DNA of 64,000 nucleotides from an uncultured Prevotellaceae bacterium. GTDB lineage: Bacteria > Bacteroidota > Bacteroidia > Bacteroidales > Muribaculaceae. Positions 33,715-41,723 of the stretch are shown here, piece after piece. A program made the position numbers and the translations under genes. The stretch spans positions 2,189 to 66,188 of the forward strand of contig ONKD01000022.1 in NCBI GenBank assembly GCA_900318345.1, read 5' to 3'. Under the pieces are notes generated by a model that saw nothing but the letters and a program-made list of their open reading frames with translations, was not told the origin of the DNA and did no database searches. Position 1 is the stretch's first letter; each line of letters begins with the position of its first letter.

Positions 33715-35115
33715 ATGAACTTAAAGAACTTTTTCAAACAAGCCTCTTTGGCTGTTCTCGCTATGTCGGCTCTCAATGCCACTGCTGGCAATATCGATGC
33801 CACAACAGCGCGCATGACCGCTAATTCGTTCTGGAAACAGAAGGCTGCAACCGGCAAGTTTAAGGCCGCTTCTACCGCTGACATCAAGCTCGCCTACACC
33901 GAGAAATCAAGTGTGTCGGGCAACGCTTTCTATGTATTCAACATCGATGGTGGCGGTTGGGTTATCGTCGCTGGTGACGATTACGCAAAGCAAGTACTTG
34001 CTTATGGTAACACGGGTAACATCGACATGAACAACATGCCCGGCAATATGAAGGCTTATCTGAACATGCTCAAGGGCCAGATTGAGACCGCTCAGGCCTA
34101 TAAGGGCAAAACCGTTCCAGTGAAGGCGTCCAAAAACAGGACCGTTGTCGAGCCGTTACTGAAGAGCAGCTGGGGACAAGGTGAACCATGGAACCTCCTG
34201 TGTCCGACTAACTCCTTAGGACAACGCACTTCGGTGGGTTGTGCCCCCCTTGCCATGGCACAAGTCATGAACTACTGGAAATACCCGAATGAAGTATCAG
34301 AAATCTCGGGCTACTCAGGTAACTACATCAGTCTGCCTGCCACCACATTTAATTATGACCTGATTCTTGACCAATACCGCTACTACGATCCCGTGACTGG
34401 TAACCCTATTATTGTGGACTATACCGATGAGCAGGCCAATGAAGTTGCCAAGTTGAGCCGCTACTGCGGACAAGCCTGCAAATCTCGCTATGGAAATAGC
34501 GGCACAAGTACAGGCAGTTATTCTTATGATCAGCGAGACGGTTTCAAAACCTTTGGTTACAATGAGAACTTGCAATTGATTGGCAAAGATGCATTTTACT
34601 ACACCGATAATTCTAACGATTATACCATTGATGACTGGTGTGCACTGATCTGCACCGAGCTTGAAGCTGGACATCCCATCCCCTACCATGACGTTTGGGA
34701 AGGTCATGCTTGGGTGCTTGATGGTGTTGATGCCGATGGTAAATTCCACATGAACTGGGGTTTCAACGGCAAGTTTGACGGCTGGTACGAAATCGACGCC
34801 TTGTCTTTCCATCCTTATGGTGACGATGAGATTTGGGATTTCAGCCAGAGCAGCAACAGCGGAAATCAGATGGTTATCGGTTGCTACCCCTACGAGGGCT
34901 ATGTAATTCCCGGTGACGAGCCCCAGGGCCTGCGTGGCGACGTGAACATGGACAATGAGGTGACCATCAAGGACGTTACCATCCTTATCGACTACCTGTT
35001 GAGCGGTGATGCAAGTGCTATCAGCCTCGATAACGCTGACTGCAACCTTATTGACGGTGTTACTATCGCCGATGTAACCAAGCTCATCGACTACCTCCTT
35101 TCAGGTAACTGGTAA
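33715..35115 (+). CDS. C10-family cysteine peptidase (paralog) with C-terminal dockerin-like repeat pair
   Basis: VGCAPLAMAQVMNYWKYP (Cys), EGHAWVLDGV (His), and C-terminus RGDVNMDNEVTIKDVTILIDYLLSG...DGVTIADVTKLIDYLLSG. Confidence 0.88.
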   Translation: MNLKNFFKQASLAVLAMSALNATAGNIDATTARMTANSFWKQKAATGKFKAASTADIKLAYTEKSSVSGNAFYVFNIDGGGWVIVAGDDYAKQVLAYGNTGNIDMNNMPGNMKAYLNMLKGQIETAQAYKGKTVPVKASKNRTVVEPLLKSSWGQGEPWNLLCPTNSLGQRTSVGCAPLAMAQVMNYWKYPNEVSEISGYSGNYISLPATTFNYDLILDQYRYYDPVTGNPIIVDYTDEQANEVAKLSRYCGQACKSRYGNSGTSTGSYSYDQRDGFKTFGYNENLQLIGKDAFYYTDNSNDYTIDDWCALICTELEAGHPIPYHDVWEGHAWVLDGVDADGKFHMNWGFNGKFDGWYEIDALSFHPYGDDEIWDFSQSSNSGNQMVIGCYPYEGYVIPGDEPQGLRGDVNMDNEVTIKDVTILIDYLLSGDASAISLDNADCNLIDGVTIADVTKLIDYLLSGNW

Positions 35116-35147
35116 TTACCAAGTCACTTTAGATAACTCCATCATAA

Positions 35148-35182
35148 GGACAGGAGCCTCACATGGTTCCTGTCTTTTTTTT
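35148..35182 (+). terminator. rho-independent terminator after C10 peptidase 2
   Basis: GGACAGGA ... TCCTGTC followed by a run of 8 T (35175-35182). Confidence 0.7.
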
Positions 35183-35246
35183 GAAATATTTAGAAAATCA
35201 TCTTACGAAATACTTGACAAAAAGTCCTCCTTTCACAAATAATGAC

Positions 35247-35254
35247 TATCTTTG
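35247..35254 (+). promoter_or_regulatory. -7 box TATCTTTG (small ORF / dxs-trkAH operon)
   Basis: 27 nt upstream of ATG 35282. Confidence 0.5.
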
Positions 35255-35281
35255 CAGATTAGACCAAAGATTAACTGAACG

Positions 35282-35458
35282 ATGACAACTGGTAACCTAA
35301 TACGTTTTGTGTGTATCCTGCTGTTGTGGCTGGGATTGTGCTGGTTGCTGCTTACCAGAGCGGCACGCATCGACTTTATGGTGGTTTTCACCATTGTGGC
35401 GTCAGGCATCATCGTTTTTGTTCCTCTTTACAAGAAATACATGAGAAAAAAAGACTAA
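35282..35458 (+). CDS. candidate small membrane protein (58 aa, two TM helices), not in ORF track
   Basis: ATG 35282 lies 27 nt downstream of a TATCTTTG box (35247-35254). Translation MTTGNLIRFVCILLLWLGLCWLLLTRAARIDFMVVFTIVASGIIVFVPLYKKYMRKKD. TAA at 35456-35458, 2 nt before the dxs ATG. No homology evidence available. Confidence 0.4.
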   Translation: MTTGNLIRFVCILLLWLGLCWLLLTRAARIDFMVVFTIVASGIIVFVPLYKKYMRKKD

Positions 35459-35460
35459 CC

Positions 35461-37380
35461 ATGACAACAAAGCCATATATACAAGAGCATTGCCCGCTAC
35501 TGGCTCAAATCGACAGCCCTGCCGACTTGAGAAAACTGAGTGTTGACCAGTTGCCGCAAGTGTGCCATGAGTTGCGTCAATTCATGATTCATGAATTATC
35601 GAGCAATCCAGGCCACTTTGCCTCGAGCATGGGTGCAGTGGAAATCATTGTGGCTCTTCATTATGTGTTTAACACACCCGATGACAGGCTCGTGTGGGAT
35701 GTGGGGCATCAGGCCTACGCCCACAAGATATTAACAGGACGTCGCGATCAGTTCAACGACAACCGCAAACTTGACGGCCTGAGTGGATTTCCTAGTCCAG
35801 CCGAGAGTGAATATGACACTTTTACTGCAGGACATGCGTCCAACTCCATCTCGGCAGCCCTGGGCATGGCGATAGCTGCAGAGTTGCAACAGAACAAGCA
35901 GCGCAAGGTCGTCGCTGTCATCGGTGATGCCAGCATCAGCGGCGGTTTGGCCTTTGAGGGCATCAACAATGCCGCCACCAACCCCAACAACCTCATCATC
36001 GTACTGAACGACAACGACATGGCCATCGATGCCAATGTAGGATCACTGAGTGCCTACATGAGCAACCTGAGCACATCCAAGCGCTATAACACACTGCGTT
36101 ACAAGACCTATCAGTTCCTGCGACGTCACAAGGTCATCAACGACAACCGCAAAGGATTGATTATGCGATTCAGCAACGCATTGAAATCCCTGTTGTCAGG
36201 ACAACAAAATATTTTTGAAGGACTGAATATCCGCTACTTTGGGTTATATGACGGACATGACGTGAAGCGGCTTGTTAAGGTCTTCAGTGGCATCAAGGAC
36301 ATGACCGGCCCCAAGTTGGTCCACGTGCGCACCGTTAAGGGCAAAGGTTTCGCGGCTGCCGAGGCCGACCCTGCCACATGGCACGCTCCCGGCAAGTTTG
36401 ATGAGGAGACTGGTGAGCGCAGCAAGGGCGGCAAGGGCGGTCCCATCAAGTATCAGGACGTTTTTGGCAAAACCCTTGTCGAGCTCGCCGAGAAAAACGA
36501 TAAGATAGTTGGCATCACGGCTGCGATGCCCAGTGGCACATCGATGTCACTGATGCTTGAAGCCATGCCTGAACGCGCCTTTGACGTGGGCATCAGCGAG
36601 GGCCATGCTGTGACCTTTGCCGGAGGTCTGGCCAAGGATGGGATGCTCCCCTATTGCGCAATCTACAGCACATTCCTGCAACGCGGTTACGACTCCATCA
36701 TTCATGACGTGGCCATCCAGGGACTGCCGGTAACCTTCTGCATCGACCGTGGCGGCATCGTCGGCGAGGATGGTGTGACACATCATGGATTGTTTGACTT
36801 GGCTTACCTGCGTTGCATCCCCGGGATGACGGTGGCCTCGCCCATCAATGAGCACGACCTGCGCAACCTCTTGTTTACCGCGCAGCACGATAATATTGGC
36901 CCGTTTGCCATACGTTATCCGCGCGGCAAGGGTGTCATTACTGACTGGCACAATGAGATGCAAGCATTGCCCGTTGGCCGTGGTCGTCGCATGAGCGAGG
37001 GCGATGGCGTCGCTGTGCTCAGCATCGGGCACATCGGCAACGAGGTCATTGATGTGGTGAATCAACTGGCCCAGCGCGGGATTAAAGTGGGTCACTATGA
37101 CATGATCTTCCTCAAGCCCATTGACGAGGGCATCCTTGAGGAAGCCACCAAGCGTTACCACAGCATCATCACCATTGAGGATGGCACTGTTGTGGGCGGT
37201 CTAGGATCGGCCGTGGCCGAGTGGATGACCAAACACGACCGCACTAACCACCTGAAGATGATGGGTGTGCAGGACGAGTTTGTGCATCAGGGCACCGTGG
37301 CACAGCTGTATGAACGTTGCGGAATGGATGCCAAATCGCTTGAAAACGCGATTTTACAAATGTTAGAAAACAACAAGTAA
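35461..37380 (+). CDS. dxs: 1-deoxy-D-xylulose-5-phosphate synthase
   Basis: Track ORF 35311-37380 trimmed to ATG 35461 (MTTKPYIQEHCPLLAQIDSPADLRKL, the canonical Dxs N-terminus). TPP motif GDASISGGLAFEGINNA and HGLFD. Confidence 0.93.
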   Translation: MTTKPYIQEHCPLLAQIDSPADLRKLSVDQLPQVCHELRQFMIHELSSNPGHFASSMGAVEIIVALHYVFNTPDDRLVWDVGHQAYAHKILTGRRDQFNDNRKLDGLSGFPSPAESEYDTFTAGHASNSISAALGMAIAAELQQNKQRKVVAVIGDASISGGLAFEGINNAATNPNNLIIVLNDNDMAIDANVGSLSAYMSNLSTSKRYNTLRYKTYQFLRRHKVINDNRKGLIMRFSNALKSLLSGQQNIFEGLNIRYFGLYDGHDVKRLVKVFSGIKDMTGPKLVHVRTVKGKGFAAAEADPATWHAPGKFDEETGERSKGGKGGPIKYQDVFGKTLVELAEKNDKIVGITAAMPSGTSMSLMLEAMPERAFDVGISEGHAVTFAGGLAKDGMLPYCAIYSTFLQRGYDSIIHDVAIQGLPVTFCIDRGGIVGEDGVTHHGLFDLAYLRCIPGMTVASPINEHDLRNLLFTAQHDNIGPFAIRYPRGKGVITDWHNEMQALPVGRGRRMSEGDGVAVLSIGHIGNEVIDVVNQLAQRGIKVGHYDMIFLKPIDEGILEEATKRYHSIITIEDGTVVGGLGSAVAEWMTKHDRTNHLKMMGVQDEFVHQGTVAQLYERCGMDAKSLENAILQMLENNK

Positions 37381-37387
37381 CAATATT

Positions 37388-38719
37388 ATGAGAATCGTTA
37401 TTGCCGGAGCAGGAGAAGTCGGAACCCATCTAGCTAAGATGCTTAGCTATGAGGAACAGGACATCATTGTCATGGACGTTGACAACAAGAAGCTCGAGCC
37501 CCTGGAGAATTACAACTTGCTCACCCATCAGGGTAGCGCCATCTCATTCAGTGACCTGAACGCAATTAAGACAGGTGCATGCGACCTATTCATCGCTGTG
37601 ACCAAGAGCGAGGCACGCAATATCCTTTCCTGCTCGATGGCCAAGCGGCTGGGTGCACGCAAGACTGTTGCCCGCATTGACAATGACGAGTTCTTTAACG
37701 CTAGATGGCGTGAACACTTCACGACATTGGGCATCGACCACCTGATCTATCCCGAAATGCTTGCTGCCAAGGAGATCTCGAGCGCGCTGAAAAGGACTTG
37801 GGCCCGCAACTGGTTTGAATTGTTTGATGGCGAGCTCATCGTGGTGGGTGTGAAAATACGCAACAATGCCCGCATCGTCGACAAAATGCTCAAGGAGATG
37901 TCCGATATCAGCCAATACCTGCATGTGTCGGCCATCAAGCGCAATCGTGAGATCATTATCCCGCGTGGCGACGACCGCGTGAAGGAGAACGACATCGTTT
38001 ACATCGCCACCACACGCGACCACATCGACGAGGTGAGAGAGGCCTGTGGCAAGATACAGACACCGGTGGACAATGTGCTGGTTGTCGGCGGTAACGATAT
38101 CGCCGAGCAACTGATCAAGAGACTGGGTAAAAGCGTTGACATCAAAATCATCGAGAGCAATGAGGCCCGCTGTGATGAGCTGGCGCAACGTTATCCCAAC
38201 TGCAAGCTGGTGCAAGGAGACTTCCGCGACTCAGAGTTGAGTGAGGAAGAGAGCGTGAGCTACTATGACGCTTTTGTCGCCCTGGGAGAGAACAGTGCCG
38301 TCAACATGATGGAGTGCATGATAGCCAAGACTAACGGTGTCCCCAAAACTATCGCCCAAGTCGAGGACATCCAGTTCATCTATGAGGCCGAGGCATTAAA
38401 CATCGGCACAATCGTCAACAAGAAACTGCTGGCATCGAGCCGCATCTACCAAATCATGCTCGATGCCGACGAGGACAACGCCCGATGCCTGGCGCTGGCC
38501 GATGCCGAGGTGGCCGAAATCATCGTGAAGGAAGGCGACCGCGTCACCAGGTCGGCTGTCAAGGACTTGAAACTGAGTCGAGATTTCACCATCGCAGGGC
38601 TCGTGCGCAATGGTGAGGGCCAACTGGTGAACGGTAACACTCAAATCCAGGCGGGTGACCATGTGGTCGTCTTCTGCCTGCAAGGAGCCATCCATAAACT
38701 CGATAAATACTTCTCGTGA
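37388..38719 (+). CDS. trkA: Trk potassium uptake system, NAD-binding peripheral subunit TrkA
   Basis: 443 aa. Two RCK/TrkA-N modules (MRIVIAGAGEVGTHLA; VLVVGGNDIAEQL) with TrkA-C domains. Confidence 0.9.
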   Translation: MRIVIAGAGEVGTHLAKMLSYEEQDIIVMDVDNKKLEPLENYNLLTHQGSAISFSDLNAIKTGACDLFIAVTKSEARNILSCSMAKRLGARKTVARIDNDEFFNARWREHFTTLGIDHLIYPEMLAAKEISSALKRTWARNWFELFDGELIVVGVKIRNNARIVDKMLKEMSDISQYLHVSAIKRNREIIIPRGDDRVKENDIVYIATTRDHIDEVREACGKIQTPVDNVLVVGGNDIAEQLIKRLGKSVDIKIIESNEARCDELAQRYPNCKLVQGDFRDSELSEEESVSYYDAFVALGENSAVNMMECMIAKTNGVPKTIAQVEDIQFIYEAEALNIGTIVNKKLLASSRIYQIMLDADEDNARCLALADAEVAEIIVKEGDRVTRSAVKDLKLSRDFTIAGLVRNGEGQLVNGNTQIQAGDHVVVFCLQGAIHKLDKYFS

Positions 38720-40200
38720 TGCCCAAGCGTTCCAGCCAAAATATCAATTTTGCCATTGTGCTCAGGATGCAGGGGTGGCTGTTGCTCATCGAGGCAGCAT
38801 TCATGCTCTTGCCACTCGCCATCTCGTGGTGGTTTGATGAGCCCACGGCGCTCAAAGCATTCATCTACAGTACAGCCATCACTGCTGGCGCGGGTGCCAT
38901 CATGGCATTTGGCATCAGGCCCCACAGCACGTCGATGCACAAGCGCGAAGGCCTGATGCTGACGGCTATCATCTGGGTATTCTTCTCATTGTTCGGGATG
39001 CTGCCCTACCTGTTCTCTGATACCTTCAACAATGTGACCGACGCCTTCTTTGAAACAATGGCCGGATTTACAACTACCGGTTCAAGTGTCATCCGCTATG
39101 TGGAGGAGATACCTCGAGGGGTTCTGTTCTGGCGGGCGCTGACGCAATGGATTGGAGGCATGGGAATTATCCTGTTCACCTTGGCGGTCATCCCCATGCT
39201 GAACCAGAAAGGCGGCATCGCCCTGTTTAATGCCGAGGTCACAGGCATCACCCATGAGCGCTTGAGACCACGCGTGAGCCAAACTGCCAAAGACCTGTGG
39301 CTCATCTATATTGGCCTCACTGCTGTGCTGTCGATATTACTCATTCTGGGTCCCATGGACTGGTTTGATGCAGTGTGTCACGCCTTGACGACCACATCAA
39401 CGGGCGGTTATTCCACCAAAAACATCGGTCTGGATTATTGGCATTCCAGCTATGTGTTTATCGTGGTTATCATTTTCATGTTCATTGGCGGTATCAGCTT
39501 CTCGCTCATTGCAGCAATATTTCGCGGTAACTTCAAGCGGTGGACCAACAACAACACCCTGCGCTGGTATTGCATGACCGCGCTCATCACTACGGTGGTC
39601 ATAGTGGTTTACATGGCTTACATGGGATTCCTGGACAATAACTTTGACCGGTGTGTATATGGCGCGTTTGACACAATCTCGGCCATCACATCGACAGGAT
39701 TCTCTACATTTGATTACGAGAACAGCGGTGAATTTGTCACCGTCATCCTCATGGTGATGATGTTCTTTGGTGGCATGGCGGGATCCACATCGGGCGGTGC
39801 CAAGATGGACCGTCTTATCGTGCAGTTGAAAAACACCTCCAATGAGTTCTACCGCCTGCTGCACACCAACTCGGTTCGTGCGGTCCATGTTGATGGCAAA
39901 CCCGTGCCCACCCATCTTGTGAGCAAGGTGAACACCTTCTTCACGGTGTATATCCTCATCATCATGGTGGTAGCGCTCTACCTCACCTTCTTTGGCATTC
40001 CCGTGTTTGACGCGATGTACACGTCAATGTCGGCCATCAGCAACGTGGGAATTGGTCACGGCGTGACGGGTCCTAACAGCTCGTGGGCCGTTCTGCACCC
40101 CGCGGCCAAGTGGGTGCTCGCGTTTGAGATGATGATTGGCCGTCTGGAACTGTTCACCGTCCTAGTCGTCTTTACCCGTTCCTTCTGGAAAAAGGATTAA
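38719..40200 (+). CDS. trkH: Trk potassium transporter membrane subunit TrkH
   Basis: Polytopic membrane protein with TrkH signature segments (TTTGSSV, TSTGGYST, SGGAKM). The ATG at 38719 overlaps the trkA TGA by 1 nt. GTG 38716 is also possible. Confidence 0.9.
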   Translation: MPKRSSQNINFAIVLRMQGWLLLIEAAFMLLPLAISWWFDEPTALKAFIYSTAITAGAGAIMAFGIRPHSTSMHKREGLMLTAIIWVFFSLFGMLPYLFSDTFNNVTDAFFETMAGFTTTGSSVIRYVEEIPRGVLFWRALTQWIGGMGIILFTLAVIPMLNQKGGIALFNAEVTGITHERLRPRVSQTAKDLWLIYIGLTAVLSILLILGPMDWFDAVCHALTTTSTGGYSTKNIGLDYWHSSYVFIVVIIFMFIGGISFSLIAAIFRGNFKRWTNNNTLRWYCMTALITTVVIVVYMAYMGFLDNNFDRCVYGAFDTISAITSTGFSTFDYENSGEFVTVILMVMMFFGGMAGSTSGGAKMDRLIVQLKNTSNEFYRLLHTNSVRAVHVDGKPVPTHLVSKVNTFFTVYILIIMVVALYLTFFGIPVFDAMYTSMSAISNVGIGHGVTGPNSSWAVLHPAAKWVLAFEMMIGRLELFTVLVVFTRSFWKKD

Positions 40201-40266
40201 TTGACGTCAGTTCGATAATTCTTTAATATCTACTGAAATTCAGCAAGTTATCCCCAATGATACTTT

Positions 40267-40290
40267 GTAGAGCCGCAAAATATTGCGGCT
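40267..40290 (+). repeat. REP-like palindromic unit P1
   Basis: GTAGAGCCGCAAAATATTGCGGCT, with 8-bp stem AGCCGCAA/TTGCGGCT. Confidence 0.55.
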
Positions 40291-40331
40291 AGTATCGATG
40301 ACGAGGAAATAGAACTCGGCTAGAGAACACG

Positions 40332-40358
40332 AGAGACGCAAAATTTTTGCGTCTCTAC
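40332..40358 (-). repeat. REP-like palindromic unit P2 (inverted relative to P1)
   Basis: Minus strand reads GTAGAGACGCAAAAATTTTGCGTCTCT, with 12-bp stem AGAGACGCAAAA/TTTTGCGTCTCT. Confidence 0.55.
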
Positions 40359-40384
40359 TGGTTGTTCGTCAAGATAATTCGCGG

Positions 40385-40954
40385 TTAGAGCAGGGTGCTC
40401 TCGTCGATGAGGTTGTTGAGCATCGCAAAGACCGTCAAACCCGCCACACTCTTGATGCCTGTCTTGTGGGTGATGTTCTTGCGGTGGCTGATTACCGTAT
40501 GCACGCTAACGTTGAGGGCATCGGCGATCTCTTTGTTGGTTTTGCCTTGAGCTAACTGGACGAGCACAGCGGTCTCGCGCTTGGTGAGCTCGTAACTGTT
40601 TTGTGAGTGTTCCTGTTTCTCGGGTGAGATCTGCGCAAGTGTCTCAATGATATGGGCTCTGCTGTCACAGATGTCAATCACGCCATCATACTGTTTGAGC
40701 AAATCCTGCCCTACATACTGGTAAACCAGCGCGACAACGGCCATGGGGAAATCGACACGCACCTCAGCTGGGTTCTTGATTAACGTCGGGTTCACAAGTA
40801 AGATGTCGGGACGCATCGCGATGATGCGCTCTTCCAGCTGGTGGGTGCCCACTTCGGGTTCAAGCAGTTTAAACCTGATCTGCCCCTCCAGAATGGCCTT
40901 CAATCCAGCGACAATGACCTCCGACGGCTCTACTATCAACAATTTCTGTTTCAT
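40385..40954 (-). CDS. LuxR/FixJ-type HTH regulator with degenerate (pseudo-)receiver domain
   Basis: C-terminal LuxR HTH (LTKRETAVLVQLAQGKTNKEIADALNVSVHTVISHRKNI). The N-terminal REC-like fold has acidic pocket VEPSE instead of DD, and LLVNP instead of the phospho-acceptor Asp. Confidence 0.85.
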   Translation of the reverse strand: MKQKLLIVEPSEVIVAGLKAILEGQIRFKLLEPEVGTHQLEERIIAMRPDILLVNPTLIKNPAEVRVDFPMAVVALVYQYVGQDLLKQYDGVIDICDSRAHIIETLAQISPEKQEHSQNSYELTKRETAVLVQLAQGKTNKEIADALNVSVHTVISHRKNITHKTGIKSVAGLTVFAMLNNLIDESTLL

Positions 40955-41649
40955 TTCAAGATAGCATTTTCAAGGTGCTTGACCAGGGGAACCATGATTT
41001 TCTCCTCGATGAAGGTGTGCTTCTTCAAGTCCTCGCTCAGCCTCAGGATGTCATAAACCACATCCAGCACATTGTCATCATCGACTTGTGGCGGCAAGTA
41101 CTTAAACACGATATTGAGCAGGTCGTCGAGTTTGCCCTCGATGTCGCTGTGGGTGTGAATAAACTCTCCAATGCTGTAGGTCGTATCACGCTTGCCACTC
41201 ATGAGTGCACGGATATGGGGGAATACATCACGCTCCTCGTGGGCGAAATGCGCCTCCACCTCATTCTTGTATTCCTTAAAGAAGCTGAGGAATACCTGCC
41301 CGATGCGCCCTTGCAGCTCCTTGGCGATGGCATCGAGGTGACGCTCGATGTGGGGCAAGCGCTTGTCAACATAGTATTGATGGGATTTCTCCAGATAGGG
41401 CACTAAATCCCTCATGTCGGTCCCCAAAATGGTGGCTGTTGAGGGTACATAGTTATTGAAGGTATAGACGTTGCAGATGAGGAGGAAAAACTCGGCATCT
41501 ACCCCACTGCTCTCACACACGTCGGCAATAGACCGGTCACCAAAACCCAACGAGATGCCCAGTCGCGTGAGCATAGCAAGTAATGACGGATGGGCGGTTA
41601 CCAAGTCGCTCAAGCGGCTATCGCTTGAGAAAAGACGGGATTTCATCAT
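40951..41649 (-). CDS. hemerythrin-like metal-binding domain protein
   Basis: 232 aa. His/Glu ligand-like motifs HQYYVDKRLPHIERH, HFAHEERDVFPHI, HTHSDIEGKLDD and HTFIEEKIMVP. ATGA overlap with the downstream LuxR gene. TACCTTTG box at 41683-41690. Confidence 0.75.
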   Translation of the reverse strand: MMKSRLFSSDSRLSDLVTAHPSLLAMLTRLGISLGFGDRSIADVCESSGVDAEFFLLICNVYTFNNYVPSTATILGTDMRDLVPYLEKSHQYYVDKRLPHIERHLDAIAKELQGRIGQVFLSFFKEYKNEVEAHFAHEERDVFPHIRALMSGKRDTTYSIGEFIHTHSDIEGKLDDLLNIVFKYLPPQVDDDNVLDVVYDILRLSEDLKKHTFIEEKIMVPLVKHLENAILK

Positions 41650-41682
41650 TGATTAAATTTTACTGTTTACTTATTACAAGTG

Positions 41683-41690
41683 CAAAGGTA
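41683..41690 (-). promoter_or_regulatory. -7 box TACCTTTG (hemerythrin-LuxR pair)
   Basis: Plus-strand CAAAGGTA, 33 nt upstream of ATG 41649. Confidence 0.5.
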
Positions 41691-41723
41691 GCACTTTTCC
41701 ACCATTAAAGCAAATCGAGCACA

